A stretch of 63,415 bases of DNA, filler included, from Octopus bimaculoides (lineage: Eukaryota): assembly GCF_001194135.2 (NCBI RefSeq). It is 6 parts of 6 records of this genome, joined end to end, with 100 filler letters (N's around TTAATTAATTAA, not from the genome) between each part and the next. Parts side by side here need not be neighbours in the genome. Positions count along the whole stretch, not along the records: positions 62,186 to 63,415 come from NW_026377018.1; 5 more parts are not named here. One strand, written 5' to 3'. Positions 62,380 through 63,415 of this stretch are shown one piece after another. The notes beneath the pieces were generated by a model, which made no database searches, was not told the DNA's origin, and saw nothing but the letters and a program-made list of their open reading frames with translations. Numbering within the stretch: position 1 is the stretch's first letter; each line of letters starts with the position of its first letter. A program made the translations under genes and the position numbers.

Positions 62380-63415
62380 GATGTTATAACAAGCCTAATA
62401 ACTTAAGTAGTAATAATAATGGACCAAATAAAAAGCAACCCTATATGCCTAAAAATTTAACTAATAAGAAAAGTAATAAAGTACATTTTAGTAGTAGACT
62501 ACATGCTAACACTAGTAATAAACCAGTGTTAGTATATAGTAATGGCGTAACTAATGATATAAATAAAAAGTGCCCCACAACAAAAAGAACTACCAATCAT
62601 AATAATAATATCATTCTGGGAAGTAATAGTAATCAAAGTATACCCCATACTCATCCACACAATAAATTTAAGAGAAAAAATAAAAACTCTATCTGGTTAA
62701 ATATCCCTTTCAACTGTGCAATATCCACAAATATTTACAAAAAAATTATGAATATTTTACAAAAAAATTTCCCTTCTTCCCACAAATATAGTAGAATTTT
62801 TTCTTGTCATACAGTCCGAATTTCTTACTCTATCCTTCCTAATGTAAGTACAATCATAGCTAGGTTAAACAAAAAGAACATTAGGTCAGCTAGAATAAAT
62901 GAAGTTAAGAATAGTGGATATGGTTATATGAATATAAATAATAATCTAACAAATACCAATAATAATATTGCTAATAATTATATAAATACAAGTGAAAATA
63001 ACAGTGACAATGGAAATTATGGGGATAATAATAATATGCTTAGTCCTGCCAACCATAATTTTAACCAACAAATAAAATGCAGCAGTATTGATGTTGAGAG
63101 TTTAACTGAAGTTGATGATAGGCTCAACTCTAATGAAAATAAAAGGAATCAGGGACCTAGTTCATATATTATCAATATGCCAAATGTTGGAGGAATAATT
63201 CTAACTGATAGCACATCAGGAAACGAGTTAAATAATGATGAAAATGATCAAAATATACCTAATAGTAGAATTGAGGAATTGATAAATAATATTAGTGTAA
63301 ATAATTGTAATAATAATAATAGAGATATTAGAAATAATATAGGTGGGGTTGATAGCACCACAAGTTGCAACTGCAGAAATAAGTCCCATTGTCCGTTATT
63401 AGGAAATTGTTGCAC
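62187..63415 (+). CDS. Penelope-like polyprotein, open 409-codon segment (RT thumb, Asn-rich inserts, linker, start of CNCR..CPL knuckle); open at both ends
   Basis: YYNVALSKAGYDQKISY..SIWLNIPFN..QKNFPSSHKYSRIFSCHTVRISYSILPNV..SCNCRNKSHCPLLGNC; no stop found in my manual translation. Confidence 0.85.

Noticed and set aside
184-62406. Most ORFs in the supplied track ([16 protein letters not shown], poly-N/I/M/D and X-filled)
   Set aside because: They are translations of microsatellites or N gaps, not genes.

Overview
Repeat-dense, AT-rich animal genomic DNA from a draft assembly with many N gaps. The organism is most likely an octopus (inference from the tRNA-derived SINE families, Dong/R4, Tx1 and Penelope content, and extreme microsatellite load). 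I find no supportable host protein-coding gene; almost all ORFs in the track are microsatellite or gap artefacts. The real coding remnants are transposon-derived: R4/Dong RT-RLE, Tx1-like ORF1 and ORF2, Tc1/mariner transposases, and three Penelope-like (PLE) RT/GIY-YIG pieces. One of these is a 409-codon open frame running off the right end that the ORF track misses. The main result is a high density of hammerhead ribozyme motifs. (i) Three near-complete minimal type-I hammerheads have palindromic stem III; two of them lie in a ~350-bp structured, direct-repeat-bounded retrozyme-like family. (ii) Six motifs in sequence-dissimilar PLE-terminal-repeat-like segments have the hammerhead core in a NON-circularly permuted, pseudoknotted order: stemIII-UH-stemI-~10 nt-GAAA-stemIII'-stemI'-CUGANGA, with compensatory stem sequences. 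Other notable items are an ORF1-only LINE derivative, a twin-priming-like inverted PLE, a 147-bp-arm foldback, a triplicated hAT-Charlie MITE and local templated insertions. All structures were read by eye; no folding, alignment or database search was run.
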